NCBI GenBank assembly: GCA_963807865.1
Contig: CAWEDK010000039.1
Span: forward strand, 168,043 to 232,042
Direction: 5' to 3'
Source: an uncultured Alphaproteobacteria bacterium
GTDB taxonomy: Bacteria > Pseudomonadota > Alphaproteobacteria > Rhizobiales > Xanthobacteraceae
Length of the DNA: 64,000 nt
Below the pieces are notes generated by a model that ran no database searches, was not told where the DNA came from, and saw only the letters and a list, made by a program, of their open reading frames with translations. Below are positions 31,254 through 42,808 of the stretch, piece after piece. The position numbers were made by a program, and so were the translations under genes. How positions within the stretch are numbered: the stretch's first letter is position 1; each line of letters starts with the position of its first letter.

Positions 31254-32018
31254 TTACAGCAATTCCCGCACGAATTTGCCGCGCGGATGCTGATAGAACG
31301 GCACCGGGAGATCGTGACCGAACCCTTCGGCGATGCGCGCGTCCAACTCTTCGAGCATCACGCCGGTCACCGCTGGCATGTCGAGTTGCTTGGCCTCGTC
31401 GAGCGTCATCCAGACCAGTTCGACCAGTTCGGCATCCGGCCCGGTGATGCCCTCGACCCGGTGCGCGACAGCGCTGGCATCGGCGGTGAAGAACCGCGCA
31501 TCGAAGCGTCGATTGCGTCCAGGCGGCGTGATGGCGCGGCCAACGAAGCGCAGCGTACTCAGATCGGGCAACAGGTCGGCCGCGGCAAACGCCGTCCAGG
31601 GGCCTTCCGGGACCTTGGCCGTGGGCTTGTGGGGTGCGCCCAGCATCAAGCCGGTTTCCTCGAAGGTTTCGCGGATCGCGGCGAGAGCGAACGCGCGCGC
31701 CTTCACGGCGCTCGGCCGCTGCATCCGTTTCATCAGTTGAATCTCGGCCTGGGCATGCAGCGGTTTTGCCACCGGCATGAGACGATCGACGGGGTCGACG
31801 CGACCGCCGGGAAAAACGTAACGGCCCGGCATGAACTTGTGACGGGTGTGACGCTTGCCGAGCAGAACCTTGGGAGCGCGACCTGAGCGATCGACCAGGA
31901 TCAGCGTCGCGGCGTCCTTCGGCCGGACATAGGGATGGGTGAGATCGCGTTCGACCTCATTCATTCGCTGCACGTATTGATTCATTCGCTCGATCTGCTC
32001 GGCCCGCCTGTCACTCAT
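31254..32018 (-). CDS. NUDIX hydrolase with an interrupted Nudix box
   Basis: FPGGRVDP ... (about 40-aa insertion) ... AAIRETFEETGLMLG (REUXEEXGU). The ATG overlaps the rnr stop (ATGA at 32015-32018). Confidence 0.8.
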   Translation of the reverse strand: MSDRRAEQIERMNQYVQRMNEVERDLTHPYVRPKDAATLILVDRSGRAPKVLLGKRHTRHKFMPGRYVFPGGRVDPVDRLMPVAKPLHAQAEIQLMKRMQRPSAVKARAFALAAIRETFEETGLMLGAPHKPTAKVPEGPWTAFAAADLLPDLSTLRFVGRAITPPGRNRRFDARFFTADASAVAHRVEGITGPDAELVELVWMTLDEAKQLDMPAVTGVMLEELDARIAEGFGHDLPVPFYQHPRGKFVRELL

Positions 32019-34298
32019 CGTCGTCGCTTCCTGCCGGTTTCACGCACCGCACGCCGGTTCTGCCCGCCCGCGGAACCCTTGCGAGCGGAACGCGCCGGGG
32101 TCCGGCCATCCTTATTATAACGGCCCTCCGTCAGGAGTTCGAATCGCAGCGCCCCCGCGACTGGCGCAGCCTCAACCAGGCGGACGGTCACTCGATCCCC
32201 CAGACGATGGCTCGCACCGCTTTGGTCGCCGACCATGGCGTGCAGGCTCTCGTGATAACGGAAGTACTCGTCCCCAATGGTGCGGGCCGGAATGAAATCC
32301 GTCTGCTCCGGTGTCGTCGAGTTTCACAAACAATCCGGCACGCGTCACGCCGGAGATGTGCCCCTCGAAGGTTGCACCGATCCGGTCGGCGAGAAAATGC
32401 GCGAGCAGGCGGTCGAAGGTCTCGCGTTCCGCTTTCATGGCGCGGCGTTCGGAAGCCGAAATCGTTGCCGAGATTTCGCCGAGCGACGCTGGGTCCATTT
32501 GCTCGGGTAAACCATCCCGTCCAAGTCCATGCGCGCGGATGAGCGCGCGATGCACCACCAGATCGGCATAGCGCCGGATCGGGGAGGTGAAATGCGCGTA
32601 GCGCCGCAGGTTCAGGCCGAAATGGCCGTAATTCTCGGCCGCGTATTCGGCCTGGGCCTGCGTCCGCAGCACCACGTCGTTGACCAGCTTTTCGACCTCG
32701 CGGCCCTTCACCCGTTCCAGGATGCCGTTGAACTGCGCCGCGCGGAGCGCGCCGCTTTTCGGCAGCGACAGATCGAGGCTCTGGAGGAATTCGCGCAACG
32801 CATTGACCCGTTCGGGATCCGGCTCGTCGTGTACGCGGTAGATCAACGGTACGCGGGCGCGTTCCAGCGCTTCCGCCGCGGCCACGTTGGCGAGGATCAT
32901 GAATTCCTCGATCAGCCGGTGCGAATCGAGCCGCTCCGGTGTGATCACGCGGTCGACGGTGTTGTGGGCGGTCAGGACGAGCTTGCGCTCCGGTAGGTCG
33001 AGATCGAGCGGTGCGCGATCGTCCCGCGCACGCTTGAGGGCGCGGTACGCCGCATAAAGCGGCTCCAGGATCGAGGCCAGCAGCGGTCCGGTGGCGTCGT
33101 CGGGCCATCCATCCATCGCGGCTTGAACCTGGGCGTAGTGCAGCCTGGCGGCGGAGCGCATCAACACGCGGTGAAAGCTGTGACTGCGCTTGCGGCCGTC
33201 GGCGCCGACGATCATGCGGATCGCGAGCGCGGCGCGGTCTTCGCTTGGCCGGAGCGAGCACAGGTCGTTGGAGATTCGCTCGGGCAGCATCGGCACCACT
33301 TGATCTGGAAAGTAGACCGAGTTGCCGCGGATGAGCGCCTCACGGTCCATCGCGGTGCCGGGCCGCACGTAATGCGCGACGTCCGCGATCGCCACCGTGA
33401 GCACGAAGCCTCCGTAGTTCTGCGGATCGCTGTCTGGAGCTGCGTGAACCGCGTCGTCATGATCCTTGGCATCGGCCGGATCGATGGTGACAAGCGGCAG
33501 CGACCGCCAATCCTCACGGCCCGCCAGGGTCGCTGGGGTTGCGGCTTCCGCTTCCCTCAAGGTTGCGGGTGGAAAGATATGCGGAATGCCGTGAGCGTGG
33601 ATCGCGATCAGGCTTGTGGCGCGTTCCGACTTGAGCGATCCGAGCTTTTCCTTGACCCGCGCCGTCGCCAAGCCATAGCCGCTGCGCGCGGCGACTTCGG
33701 CCGAAACGAGATCGCCATCGGCGGCTTCCAGGCTGGCACCAGGTGGAATGGCGAGTTCGCGGCCGAGCTGCTTCTTGTCCACCGGAACCAGCCGGCCGCC
33801 GCCGTCCGGCAAGGCGCGGAAGATGCCGAGAACGCGCTGCTTCGCGCGATCGATCAGCTTGATGATGCGGCCCGTATGCCGGATGTGCTCGCCCTCGTCG
33901 CCGGCGGCTTCGGTGCGCAACAGCGCCCGGTCGCCGATGCCGCCGACTTCAGCCGGCCGTGCGCGCCGCGGCGTATGAATGCGGATTTTCGGCGGATCGC
34001 CGTGCGCATCCTCGTCCCACTCGACCGGAACCGCAATCAGTTCGCCGTCGCGGTCACGCTCGGTAATGTCGGCGAGAACGACTTCCGGAAGCATCCCCGG
34101 CTGATGCAGCTTCTTGCGGCGGCGTTCCAAACGGCCTTCGTCGGCGAGTTCGCGCAGCATCTGTTTGAGCCGAGCGCGATCGGCATTCTTGAGATTGAAA
34201 GCGCGAGCGATCTCACGCGTGCCAACCTTCCCGGGCTGCTTACCGATGAAGCTCAGCAGATCGTCTTTGGAGGGGAGCGATGGGACGGCGCGTTTCAC
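32015..34298 (-). CDS. rnr: ribonuclease R, apparent +1 frameshift near 32294
   Basis: RNB domain (VTIDPADAKDHDDAV, NSVYFPDQVVPMLPERISNDLCSL, YGHFGLNLRRYAHFTSPIRRYADLVVHR) and S1 domain. After GADGF, removing one base restores IPARTIGDEYFRYHESLHAMVGDQSGASHRLGDRVTVRLVEA... and the basic tail. Confidence 0.93.
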
Positions 34299-34336
34299 AT
34301 CCGTAAATTAGCTACGGCCGAGCCGATCCGCCAGGA

Positions 34337-37084
34337 TCAGCCGGCCTTGCCGGCTTTGGCCTTGCGGACCATCTTGCCTTCGGCCGCCGGCGCGGACGCG
34401 GGCTTGGCGGCCGGTTTGGATTTCGGCGCCTTGCGGGCTGCGCGGCGAGGCGGTGCCGCCGTGGTCTTGGCGGCGCCGTTCAAGCTCTCGGGCTTGGTTG
34501 CCGAGGCCTTCTTACCGGCGGGGGCTTTCTTGCCAGCGGACTTCTTGCCGCCACCGCGCGCGGCACGAGCGTCGAGGAGCGGGATGGCCTGCTCCAGCGT
34601 GATGGCTTCAGGAGCGATGTCGGCGGGGAGGGTAGCATTGACCCCGGCATGGCTGACGTAGGGTCCGTAGCGGCCGCTTTTCACGACCACCGGCCCGCCT
34701 TTGTCGGGATGCTCGCCCAGTGCTCGCCCCGGGTCGGCGCCAAAGCGGCCCTTGCGCGGACCTTGAGTCTTCTTCTCTTCGATCAGTGTCACCGCGCGGT
34801 TGAGGCCGACGGTGAGGACGTCTTCGTCCGCGGTCAGATTGGCGTAGGTCTTGCCGTGCTGGACATAGGGGCCGAAGCGGCCAATGCCGGCCAGGATCGG
34901 TTCGCCATCTTCGGGATGCTTGCCGACCGTCACGCGGCAATGACAGGAGGCCGAGCGCGCGGTCGAGTTCGATATCGTCAGGCGACACGCCCTTCGGCAG
35001 ACCGGCGCGCTTGGGCTTCTCCGCCTTGCCTTCGGCGTCCTGGGTGGGCTCGCCGAGCTGCACGTAAGGACCGAACCGGCCCGAGCGGACCGTGACCTCG
35101 AGCCCGGTCGCCGGGTCGAGTCCGAGCTTCCTCATGCCGCCGTCGCCGTTGCCGCTTCCGGCCGCCAACTGACGGGTATAACGGCACTCGGGATAGTTCG
35201 TGCAGCCGATAAAGCCACCGAAACGCCCGAGCTTGAGCGAGAGCTTGCCGCTTTCGCAGTTCGGGCACTTTCGCGGATCGGTGCCGTCGGGACGCGGCGG
35301 GAACAGGTGCGGCGCCAGCATCTCGTCAAGCGTGTCGATGACCTGCGCGATGCGCAGTTCCTTGATGTCGCCGACCGCGGCGGTGAAATCGCGCCAGAAG
35401 TCGCGCAGCAGTTCGCGCCAGGCGATCTCGTTGTTGGAGATGCGGTCGAGCTGTTCTTCGAGGCCGGCGGTGAAGTCGTATTCGACGTAGCGCGCGAAGA
35501 AGCTTTCCAGGAACGCGGTCAGCACGCGGCCTTTGTCTTCCGGGATCAGGCGCTTCTTGTCGATGCGGACGTAGCCGCGATCCTTCAGCACCTGCAGGAT
35601 CGACGCGTAGGTCGAGGGCCGGCCGATGCCGAGTTCTTCCATACGCTTGACCAGCGACGCTTCCGAATAGCGCGGCGGCGGCTCGGTGAAGTGTTGGTTG
35701 GCGTCGATCCGGCGCTTTTCGAGCGGCTCTCCGGCGCTCATCTCCGGCAGACGCTTGGATTCATCGTCGTCGGCGGACGGATCGTCCATGTCCTCGTGAT
35801 AGAGCGTGAGGAAGCCGTCGAACTTGATCACCGTGCCGGTGGCGCGCAGGTCGATCATGCGGGCTGCCGACCTTGGCGGCGATGTCCGCGGTCGTGCGCT
35901 CGAGCTCGGCGGATTCCATCTGGCTTGCGACCGTGCGCAGCCAGATCAGCTCGTAGAGCTTGGCCTGGTCGGGATCGAGCACGCGAACGGACCTGCCGCG
36001 GGCGGCGGGCCGGATCGGTCGGGCGGACCGCCTCGTGCGCTTCCTGCGCGTTCTTCGCCTTGGTCTGATACTCGCGTGGCGAGGAGGGCAGGTAGCGGTT
36101 GCCGTAATCGCCACCGATCAGCTTGCGCGTCGCGGTGATGGCTTCGGGCGCGATCTGCACGCCGTCGGTTCGCATATAGGTAATGAGACCGACGGTTTCG
36201 CCGTCGATGTCGACGCCCTCATAGAGGCGCTGCGCGACCCGCATGGTATGGGCGGGCGCAAAGCCGAGCTTGCGGCTCGCTTCCTGCTGCAGGGTCGAGG
36301 TCGTGAACGGCGGTGGCGGATTGCGCCGGGCCGGCTTGGCCTCGATGTTGGCCACAGAGAAGGCGGCCGTTTCCAGGGCCTTCTTGAACGCCTCGGCTTC
36401 GGCGCCGGTGCCGATATCGAGGCGCTGGATCTTCTTGCCGTCGGCGCCGACGAGGCGGGCCTCGAACGTCTCCTGTCGCGGGGTCGCGAGCGTCGCCACC
36501 AGCGACCAGTATTCGCGTGCGACAAATTTCTCGATTTCGAGCTCGCGGTCGCTGACCAGCCGCAGCGCGACCGACTGCACCCGGCCGGCCGAGCGGGCGC
36601 CGGGAAGCTTGCGCCAGAGCACCGGCGACAGGTTGAAGCCGACCAGGTAGTCGAGCGCACGCCGGGCGAGATAAGCATCGACCAGCGCCTGGTCGATGGC
36701 GCGCGGGTGCTTCATCGCGTCGAGCACGGCCTGCTTGGTGATGGCGTTGAACACCACCCGCTCGACGGTGTGTTGTTTGAGTGCGTGCTTCTCCTTCAGA
36801 ACCTCGAGCACATGCCAGGAGATCGCCTCGCCCTCGCGGTCCGGGTCGGTCGCCAGGATCAGCTTGTCGGCGCCCTTCATCGCCTTGGCGATGTCGTTCA
36901 GCCGCTTCTCGGATTTGTCGTCGACCTCCCAGATCATGCGGAAGTCATGCTCGGGATCGACCGAGCCGTCCTTCGCGGGCAGGTCACGGACATGCCCGAA
37001 CGAGGCCAGCACCTCGTAGTCCCGCCCGAGATACTTGTTGATCGTCTTGGCTTTGGCGGGCGATTCGACGACGACGATCTTCAT
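34337..37084 (-). CDS. topA: DNA topoisomerase I, three apparent +1 frameshifts (about 35990, 35862 and 34928)
   Basis: TOPRIM MKIVVVESPAKAKTINKYLG, ATDPDREGEAISWH, YITYMRTDG-type active-site region (LITYMRTDGV), Zn-ribbon-like repeats (CPNCESGKLSLKLGRFGGFIGCTNYPEC; GRFGPYVQ x3), Lys/Ala-rich tail. The four frame segments join cleanly when single extra bases are removed. Confidence 0.95.
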
Positions 37085-37227
37085 GCATTACCAATGAGTT
37101 ACGGGCTAAGTCCCGGGGACTGTGACGGCCTGACTCGGCCGCCCGTGCCGGGCGATATGGGGGTAGCACCCCCTCCCTGTCAAATGCGAGGGCCTTTGCC
37201 AGGCAAGGGCCGCTCACAACTAAAAGA

Positions 37228-37246
37228 TGCAATATTGCATTAATGC
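37228..37246. promoter_or_regulatory. overlapping perfect palindromes in the topA divergent promoter region
   Basis: TGCAATATTGCA (37228-37239) overlaps GCATTAATGC (37237-37246) in an AT-rich patch about 145-160 nt upstream of the topA ATG. Confidence 0.35.
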
Positions 37247-37286
37247 GTCTTTTAAGATACGCGTTCATGGGTCTTCAAGGGTAGCG

Positions 37287-37487
37287 ATGGCGGACGGAAC
37301 TACAGCGGAACTGACGGACCCGGCGGCGGTCGCAAACTACGTGGCGACTATGACCGCTGAGCTATCCATTCTCGCCCATCAACACGGGTTCGAAGCCCTC
37401 GGATTTCTGCTGGAGATGGCGCACCTGGAGGCCGAGAACGCCGCCCACAAATTGGGTGGGGCCGCCGGGGAAGGGCAGGGCGACTAG
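37287..37487 (+). CDS. small hypothetical protein (66 aa)
   Basis: ATG 37287 MADGTTAELTDPAAVANYVATMTAELSILAHQHGFEALGFLLEMAHLEAEN...; GC-rich third positions; no family recognised. Confidence 0.4.
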   Translation: MADGTTAELTDPAAVANYVATMTAELSILAHQHGFEALGFLLEMAHLEAENAAHKLGGAAGEGQGD

Positions 37488-37508
37488 ACTAGCCGGATGC
37501 GCGGCACG

Positions 37509-38630
37509 CTACAGCAGCGAGACAAGGCCGCCGCCGTGGCGCTCCAGCCGGCCGGCAAGCTCGAGCTCCAGCAGGACCGTGCGCACGATCGCGGGCGAAC
37601 TCCCTGACAGCCGAACCAGGTCGTCGATGGAAACAGGGGTCGGACCGAGTAGACCGGTGATGCGGGCGCGCTCGTCCGCCGCCGGTTCCCCGCCGGACGG
37701 CGGTTCAGCGTCCGGTTCCTCCGCCGGCAGATCAAGCGTCTGGCCCAGGATCGGCCGCAGCACGACAATGACATCGTTGGCTTCCGTGACCAGCGTCGCC
37801 CCCTGCTTGAGCAGGCTGTTCGTCCCTTCCGCGCGCGGATCGAGCGGCGAGCCCGGCACTGCGAACACCTCACGGCCCTGTTCGAGCGCCATCCGCGATG
37901 TGATCAGCGAGCCGGAGCGCCGCGCGGCCTCTACGACCACGACGCCGACGGCAAGGCCCGAAATCAGGCGGTTGCGGCGCGGGAAATCGCGGGCGCGCGG
38001 CTCCCAGCCCATCGGCATTTCGGAGACCGCGGCCCCGGTTGTCAGCATGTCCTCGAGAAGACCGGCATGTTCGGCGGGATAGATGCGATCATGACCGCCG
38101 GCCAGGACGGCGACCGTGCCGGTTGCCTTGCTCGCTCGATGAGCCGCGGCGTCGATGCCGCGCGCCAGACCTGACACGACTACGAAACCCGCCTCGCCAA
38201 GTTCGCGGGCAAGTTGCTCGGCAAACCGTAATCCGGCCGCCGAGGCATTGCGCGCTCCAACCATCGCGACCATCGGCAAGGTCAGGGCCGCGGCATTTCC
38301 CCGGACCGCCAGCAGCGGCGGAGCGTCATCGATCATTTGCAGGCGGCGCGGATAGTCGGGCTCGCCGAGCGCGACGAAAACAACACCCAGTGATTTCGCT
38401 GCCTTGATCTCGCGTTCTGCATCCTCACGTGGATAGATCCGTGCGGCGCCTGAAGCCCCGCCCCGGCGCGCGAGATCGGGCAGGGCAGCAAGTGCGGCGC
38501 GCGCGCCGCCATAGTGATTGACGAGCGCACGAAAAGTCCGCGGGCCGACATTGTCGCTGCGGATGAGGCGCAGCCAGTCGAGCCGTTGCTCGGCGGTCAG
38601 GCGGACCCCTTCGCCTTCTTTGCCGTTCAT
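37509..38630 (-). CDS. dprA: DNA-processing protein DprA (Smf)
   Basis: [66 protein letters not shown] ... RNRLISGL...[16 protein letters not shown]; start ATG 38630 (ORF-track start 38678 is possible). Confidence 0.88.
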   Translation of the reverse strand: MNGKEGEGVRLTAEQRLDWLRLIRSDNVGPRTFRALVNHYGGARAALAALPDLARRGGASGAARIYPREDAEREIKAAKSLGVVFVALGEPDYPRRLQMIDDAPPLLAVRGNAAALTLPMVAMVGARNASAAGLRFAEQLARELGEAGFVVVSGLARGIDAAAHRASKATGTVAVLAGGHDRIYPAEHAGLLEDMLTTGAAVSEMPMGWEPRARDFPRRNRLISGLAVGVVVVEAARRSGSLITSRMALEQGREVFAVPGSPLDPRAEGTNSLLKQGATLVTEANDVIVVLRPILGQTLDLPAEEPDAEPPSGGEPAADERARITGLLGPTPVSIDDLVRLSGSSPAIVRTVLLELELAGRLERHGGGLVSLL

Positions 38631-38721
38631 GTCGCCCCGCGGATCGGAAATGCCCGCGATCAGCATCGCGCACGGCACGGGTGACTACAACCGCAAATAG
38701 AACGTCGACGGTCTGCTGAAC

Positions 38722-39351
38722 TCAGGTGTGGGAGGAGGAGGGGCGCCCGCCGATCCGGTCTTCGGTCCCGGCGATGAGGCGCGTGATGTTGGTGCGATGC
38801 ATGATCCAGAGCAGAGCGGTGAGGAGTGCGAAGAGCACCGCCTCCGGCCGTTCGCCGAGCGCCAGGAGCACGCCGGGCGTGGCGAAACTCGCCACCAGTG
38901 CGGCGAGCGAGGAGTAGCGCGTGAGTGCGGCGGTCGCGAGCCAGATCAGGCACATCGCAATCCCGGCAGGCCAGGCGAGCCCGAACAGCACGCCGATATA
39001 CGTGGCGACGCCCTTGCCGCCCTTGAACTTCAGCCACACCGGAAAGAGATGCCCGAGAAATGCGCCCGCCGCGGCGAAGAGCGCAGGCTCACGGCCGTAG
39101 AAGTGCCGCACGATCAATACCGCCAGCGTGCCTTTGAGCGCATCGCCGATGAGCGTCGCGGCCGCAAGGCCCTTGTGACCGGTGCGCAAAACATTGGTGG
39201 CGCCGATATTGCCGGAGCCGATCGAGCGGATGTCCTGCGTGCCGGCCAGCCGCGTGAGGATCAGCCCGAACGGGATCGAGCCCAGCAGATAGCCGAACGC
39301 CAATGCCGTCGCGTAGGTCCATGAGTGCGACCAGTCGAGCGCTTGCAGCAT
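38722..39351 (-). CDS. plsY: glycerol-3-phosphate acyltransferase PlsY
   Basis: [56 protein letters not shown]; [19 protein letters not shown]. Confidence 0.92.
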   Translation of the reverse strand: MLQALDWSHSWTYATALAFGYLLGSIPFGLILTRLAGTQDIRSIGSGNIGATNVLRTGHKGLAAATLIGDALKGTLAVLIVRHFYGREPALFAAAGAFLGHLFPVWLKFKGGKGVATYIGVLFGLAWPAGIAMCLIWLATAALTRYSSLAALVASFATPGVLLALGERPEAVLFALLTALLWIMHRTNITRLIAGTEDRIGGRPSSSHT

Positions 39352-39354
39352 GGC

Positions 39355-40665
39355 TCAAACGTATTCGTAGACGGTGCGGCCGGCAACGATGGTGCGGATC
39401 ACCCGGCCCTGCAGCTTCGCCTCGTCGAACGGCGTGTTCTTGCATTTCGACTTGAGTTCGGTCGGATCGAGTACCCATGGAACGTCGAGATCGAGCACGA
39501 TGACGTCGGCCGCACTTCCCGGCCGGAGCGTGCCGGCCGGCAGGCCAAGCAGTTCGGCGGGTGTGCTCGACATCGCCTTGATCAGCGTCATGATCGGCAA
39601 CTCGCCGGAGTGCACGAGACGAAGGCCCGCGGACAGCATGGTTTCGAGCCCGACTGCGCCGTGGCTCGCCTCCGCGAACGGCAGGCGCTTGCCTTCGACA
39701 TCCTGTGGGTTGTGATCGGACATCACGACGTCGATCAACCCGGATGCCAAGGCCGCGACCAAGGCGGTGCGATCCTCCTCAGCGCGTAGCGGCGGGCTGA
39801 GCTTGAGGAAGGTGCGGTAAGGTCCGACGTCGATTTCGTTCAGGGTGAGATGGTTGATCGACGCTGACGCGGTCACGCGCAGCCCGCCATCCTTCGCGCG
39901 CCGCAGTACATCGAGCGCTTCGGCGCACGTCAGCGATGCGGCGTGGTAGCGGCTTCCGGTCAGCGCCACGAGCCGCATGTCACGCTCGAACATGATCGTC
40001 TCGGCGGTGCGCGGCACGCCGGCCAGTCCGAGCCGGGCGGCGAACTCGCCCTCGTTCATCACGCCTTCGCCAACGAGGTCGGGATCTTCGGTGTGATGCA
40101 CGATCAGCGCGTCGAAATCGCGGGCATAGGTGAGCGCGCGGCGCATCACCTGCGCGTTGGTGACGCTCCTGGCGCCGTCGGTGAACGCGATGGCGCCGGC
40201 GGCCTTGAGCAGGCCGATTTCGGTCATCTCGGCGCCTTCGAGCCCCTTGGTCAACGCCGCCATAGGGTGGACGTGCACGATCGCGGTGTCGCGGGCGCGG
40301 CGCAGGATGAAATCCACGATCGCCGGATCGTCGATGGCGGGCGTGGTGTCGGGCTGACAGACGATGGTGGTGACGCCGCCGGCCGCCGCCGCCTGGCTCG
40401 CCGATCCGATTGTCTCGCGATATTCCGCACCTGGCTCGCCGACAAAGGCGCGCATGTCGACCAGGCCCGGCGTTACCATCCGGCCTCTGCAGTCGATGAT
40501 CTCGGTACCTTCGGGAACGCCCGCGGCGCCAATGCCGCGCTTGGCTTCGCGGATCACGCCGTCGGCGATCAGCAGGTCGCCATCGATCTCGAGATCGCGC
40601 GACGGGTCGAGGATGCGCGCATTGGCCAGCAGGATCGGCCGCTCGGACAGCATGCGGTCACGCAT
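39355..40665 (-). CDS. pyrC: dihydroorotase-like protein lacking the N-terminal HxH metal motif (PyrC'-like)
   Basis: Amidohydrolase fold ([36 protein letters not shown]). The position of DxHxH reads DMRAF. Overlaps the pyrB stop. Confidence 0.8.
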   Translation of the reverse strand: MRDRMLSERPILLANARILDPSRDLEIDGDLLIADGVIREAKRGIGAAGVPEGTEIIDCRGRMVTPGLVDMRAFVGEPGAEYRETIGSASQAAAAGGVTTIVCQPDTTPAIDDPAIVDFILRRARDTAIVHVHPMAALTKGLEGAEMTEIGLLKAAGAIAFTDGARSVTNAQVMRRALTYARDFDALIVHHTEDPDLVGEGVMNEGEFAARLGLAGVPRTAETIMFERDMRLVALTGSRYHAASLTCAEALDVLRRAKDGGLRVTASASINHLTLNEIDVGPYRTFLKLSPPLRAEEDRTALVAALASGLIDVVMSDHNPQDVEGKRLPFAEASHGAVGLETMLSAGLRLVHSGELPIMTLIKAMSSTPAELLGLPAGTLRPGSAADVIVLDLDVPWVLDPTELKSKCKNTPFDEAKLQGRVIRTIVAGRTVYEYV

Positions 40666-41611
40666 TCGGTAGGTTCCGCGAGAGCGCTTCCAGCACCGCC
40701 ATGCGCACCGCCACGCCCATCTCGACCTGCTCGCGGATGAGCGACTGCGCCCCGTCCGCCACCGCAGTGTCGATCTCGACGCCCCGGTTCATCGGTCCCG
40801 GGTGCATGACCAGGGCGTCAGGCTTTGCGTAGGCGAGCTTCTTCTGGTCGAGGCCGAAATAGTGGAAGTATTCCTGCGTCGAGGGCACGAACGAGCCGTT
40901 CATCCGCTCCCGTTGCAGGCGCAGCATCATGACGATGTCGGCGTCCCGCAATCCCTCGCGCATGTCGCGCGTGACCTCGACCCCGAAGCGCTCGATCCCC
41001 GGTGGCAACAGTGTCGAAGGCGCGACGACGCGCACGCGCGCGCCGAGTGCGTTGAGCAGAATGATGTTGGAGCGCGCCACCCGCGAATGCAGGATGTCGC
41101 CGCAGATCGTGACGACAAGCCGCTCGATGCGGCCTTTGGCACGCCGGATGGTCAAGGCGTCGAGCAGGGCCTGGGTCGGATGCTCGTGCGAGCCGTCGCC
41201 GGCATTGATCACCGAGCAGTCGACTTTCCGGGCGAGAAGCTCGACCGCCCCGGAGGCATGATGGCGCACCACGATCAGGTCCGGGCGCATCGCGTTGAGC
41301 GTGACGGCGGTATCGATCAGCGTTTCGCCCTTGCGCATGGACGAGGAGCCGACCGACATGTTCATGACGTCGGCGCCGAGGCGCTTGCCGGCCAGTTCGA
41401 AGGACGCCTGGGTCCGGGTCGAGACTTCGAAGAACAGATTGATCAGCGTGCGTCCACGCAGCGACGCGCGCTTCTTGTCGATCTGACGGTTGAGTTCGAC
41501 GTATTCCTCGGCGAGGTCGAGCAGGCCCAAAATCTCGTCACGCGACAATCCGTCGATCCCCAGCAGGTGCCGCTGGCCGAGGACGAAGGAGGACTTTTGG
41601 GCGATGGTCAT
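40658..41611 (-). CDS. pyrB: aspartate carbamoyltransferase catalytic subunit
   Basis: 317 aa from ATG 41611; [43 protein letters not shown]. Confidence 0.95.
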   Translation of the reverse strand: MTIAQKSSFVLGQRHLLGIDGLSRDEILGLLDLAEEYVELNRQIDKKRASLRGRTLINLFFEVSTRTQASFELAGKRLGADVMNMSVGSSSMRKGETLIDTAVTLNAMRPDLIVVRHHASGAVELLARKVDCSVINAGDGSHEHPTQALLDALTIRRAKGRIERLVVTICGDILHSRVARSNIILLNALGARVRVVAPSTLLPPGIERFGVEVTRDMREGLRDADIVMMLRLQRERMNGSFVPSTQEYFHYFGLDQKKLAYAKPDALVMHPGPMNRGVEIDTAVADGAQSLIREQVEMGVAVRMAVLEALSRNLPNA

Positions 41612-41714
41612 TAAAGCCGGTTCTATAGGCTCGGCTGCCCCTGCGGGCAAGGCCGGCGGGCAACGCTCCACAACTTGCCCAAAGCGTCGCCGGAAGCCAG
41701 GAACCAGCCAGTCT

Positions 41715-42695
41715 TCATTCGATCTTGATGCCGGCCTCGCGAACCACCTTTTCCCACTTGGCGATGTCCGCCTTGATCTGCTCGCTGAACTCCGCGGGCG
41801 TGCTGCCGACCGGTGCGAACCCGAATGCAGCCAAACGTTGCCGGGTCTCGGGCTGAGCGACGATCCGGGCGAGCTCCTTAGACAGCATCTCGACAATGGC
41901 GGCAGGCGTCGCGGCGGGTGCGACGACGCCGATGATCAGTTCGGTCTCCTGATTGGGAAACCCGCTCTCGGCCAACGTCGGCACGTCCGGGACGATCGGC
42001 GATCGCTGGTCGCTGGTGACCGCCAGGGCGCGCAGCTTGCCGTCCTTGATGAACGGTGTGGCGGAAGGCAGCCCGATATAGGCCACGAGCGTATGACCCG
42101 CGACGGTCGACGTGAGGATCGGGGCCGCTCCGGGAAACGGCACGCGGGTGATGTCGAGCTTCAGGCCGAGCTTGAACAAGCGCTCGCTGGTGAGCAGGTT
42201 CTGCCCGAGGCTCATCGACGCGAAGCTGTATTTTGCCGGTTCGGCGCGTGCGAGCGCGACGAACTCCCGCATGGTCTTGGCCGGGACCGAGGGGTGCAGC
42301 AGCACGACCGACGGCGACGACGAGACGATGCTGATCGGTGCAAAATTCTTGACCGCGTCGTACTGGACGTTCTTGGAAATCACCGGCGTGATCGCGAGGT
42401 CGTTGGTGACGAACATCAACGTGTAGCCGTCGCCCGCGGCGGCAGCCGCCATCGCAGCGCCGCGCGCCCCGCTCGCTCCGGTGACATTCTCGACGTAGAA
42501 CTGCTGGCCGAGGGCTTCGCTGAGCTTTTGCGCAGCGAGCCGAGCGATCACGTCGGTCGGCCCGCCGGCCGGGTAGGGGACAATGACACGCACCGAGCGG
42601 GCCGGATAACCGCTTGTGGATGTTTGTGCTTGGCTGGTGCCGGCAAGAGTAAGCAGCAGTAGACAGGCGCCGAGATAGGCGAGCGCGCGTTTCAT
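41715..42695 (-). CDS. Bug-family (TctC-like) tripartite tricarboxylate transporter substrate-binding protein
   Basis: Signal [47 protein letters not shown]..., C-terminal [25 protein letters not shown]; only the last 326 codons of the 644-aa ORF-track entry. Confidence 0.88.
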   Translation of the reverse strand: MKRALAYLGACLLLLTLAGTSQAQTSTSGYPARSVRVIVPYPAGGPTDVIARLAAQKLSEALGQQFYVENVTGASGARGAAMAAAAAGDGYTLMFVTNDLAITPVISKNVQYDAVKNFAPISIVSSSPSVVLLHPSVPAKTMREFVALARAEPAKYSFASMSLGQNLLTSERLFKLGLKLDITRVPFPGAAPILTSTVAGHTLVAYIGLPSATPFIKDGKLRALAVTSDQRSPIVPDVPTLAESGFPNQETELIIGVVAPAATPAAIVEMLSKELARIVAQPETRQRLAAFGFAPVGSTPAEFSEQIKADIAKWEKVVREAGIKIE

Positions 42696-42808
42696 TTCCG
42701 CCCTCGTTTTTTTGCGTTTCCTCCACGCCATTCTGCGCCTTCGTCCCTGAACCGTCGAGTGGACGATTGGGCCTGCGACCACGCGAACCCTGGCGATGTT
42801 GGGCCTGA

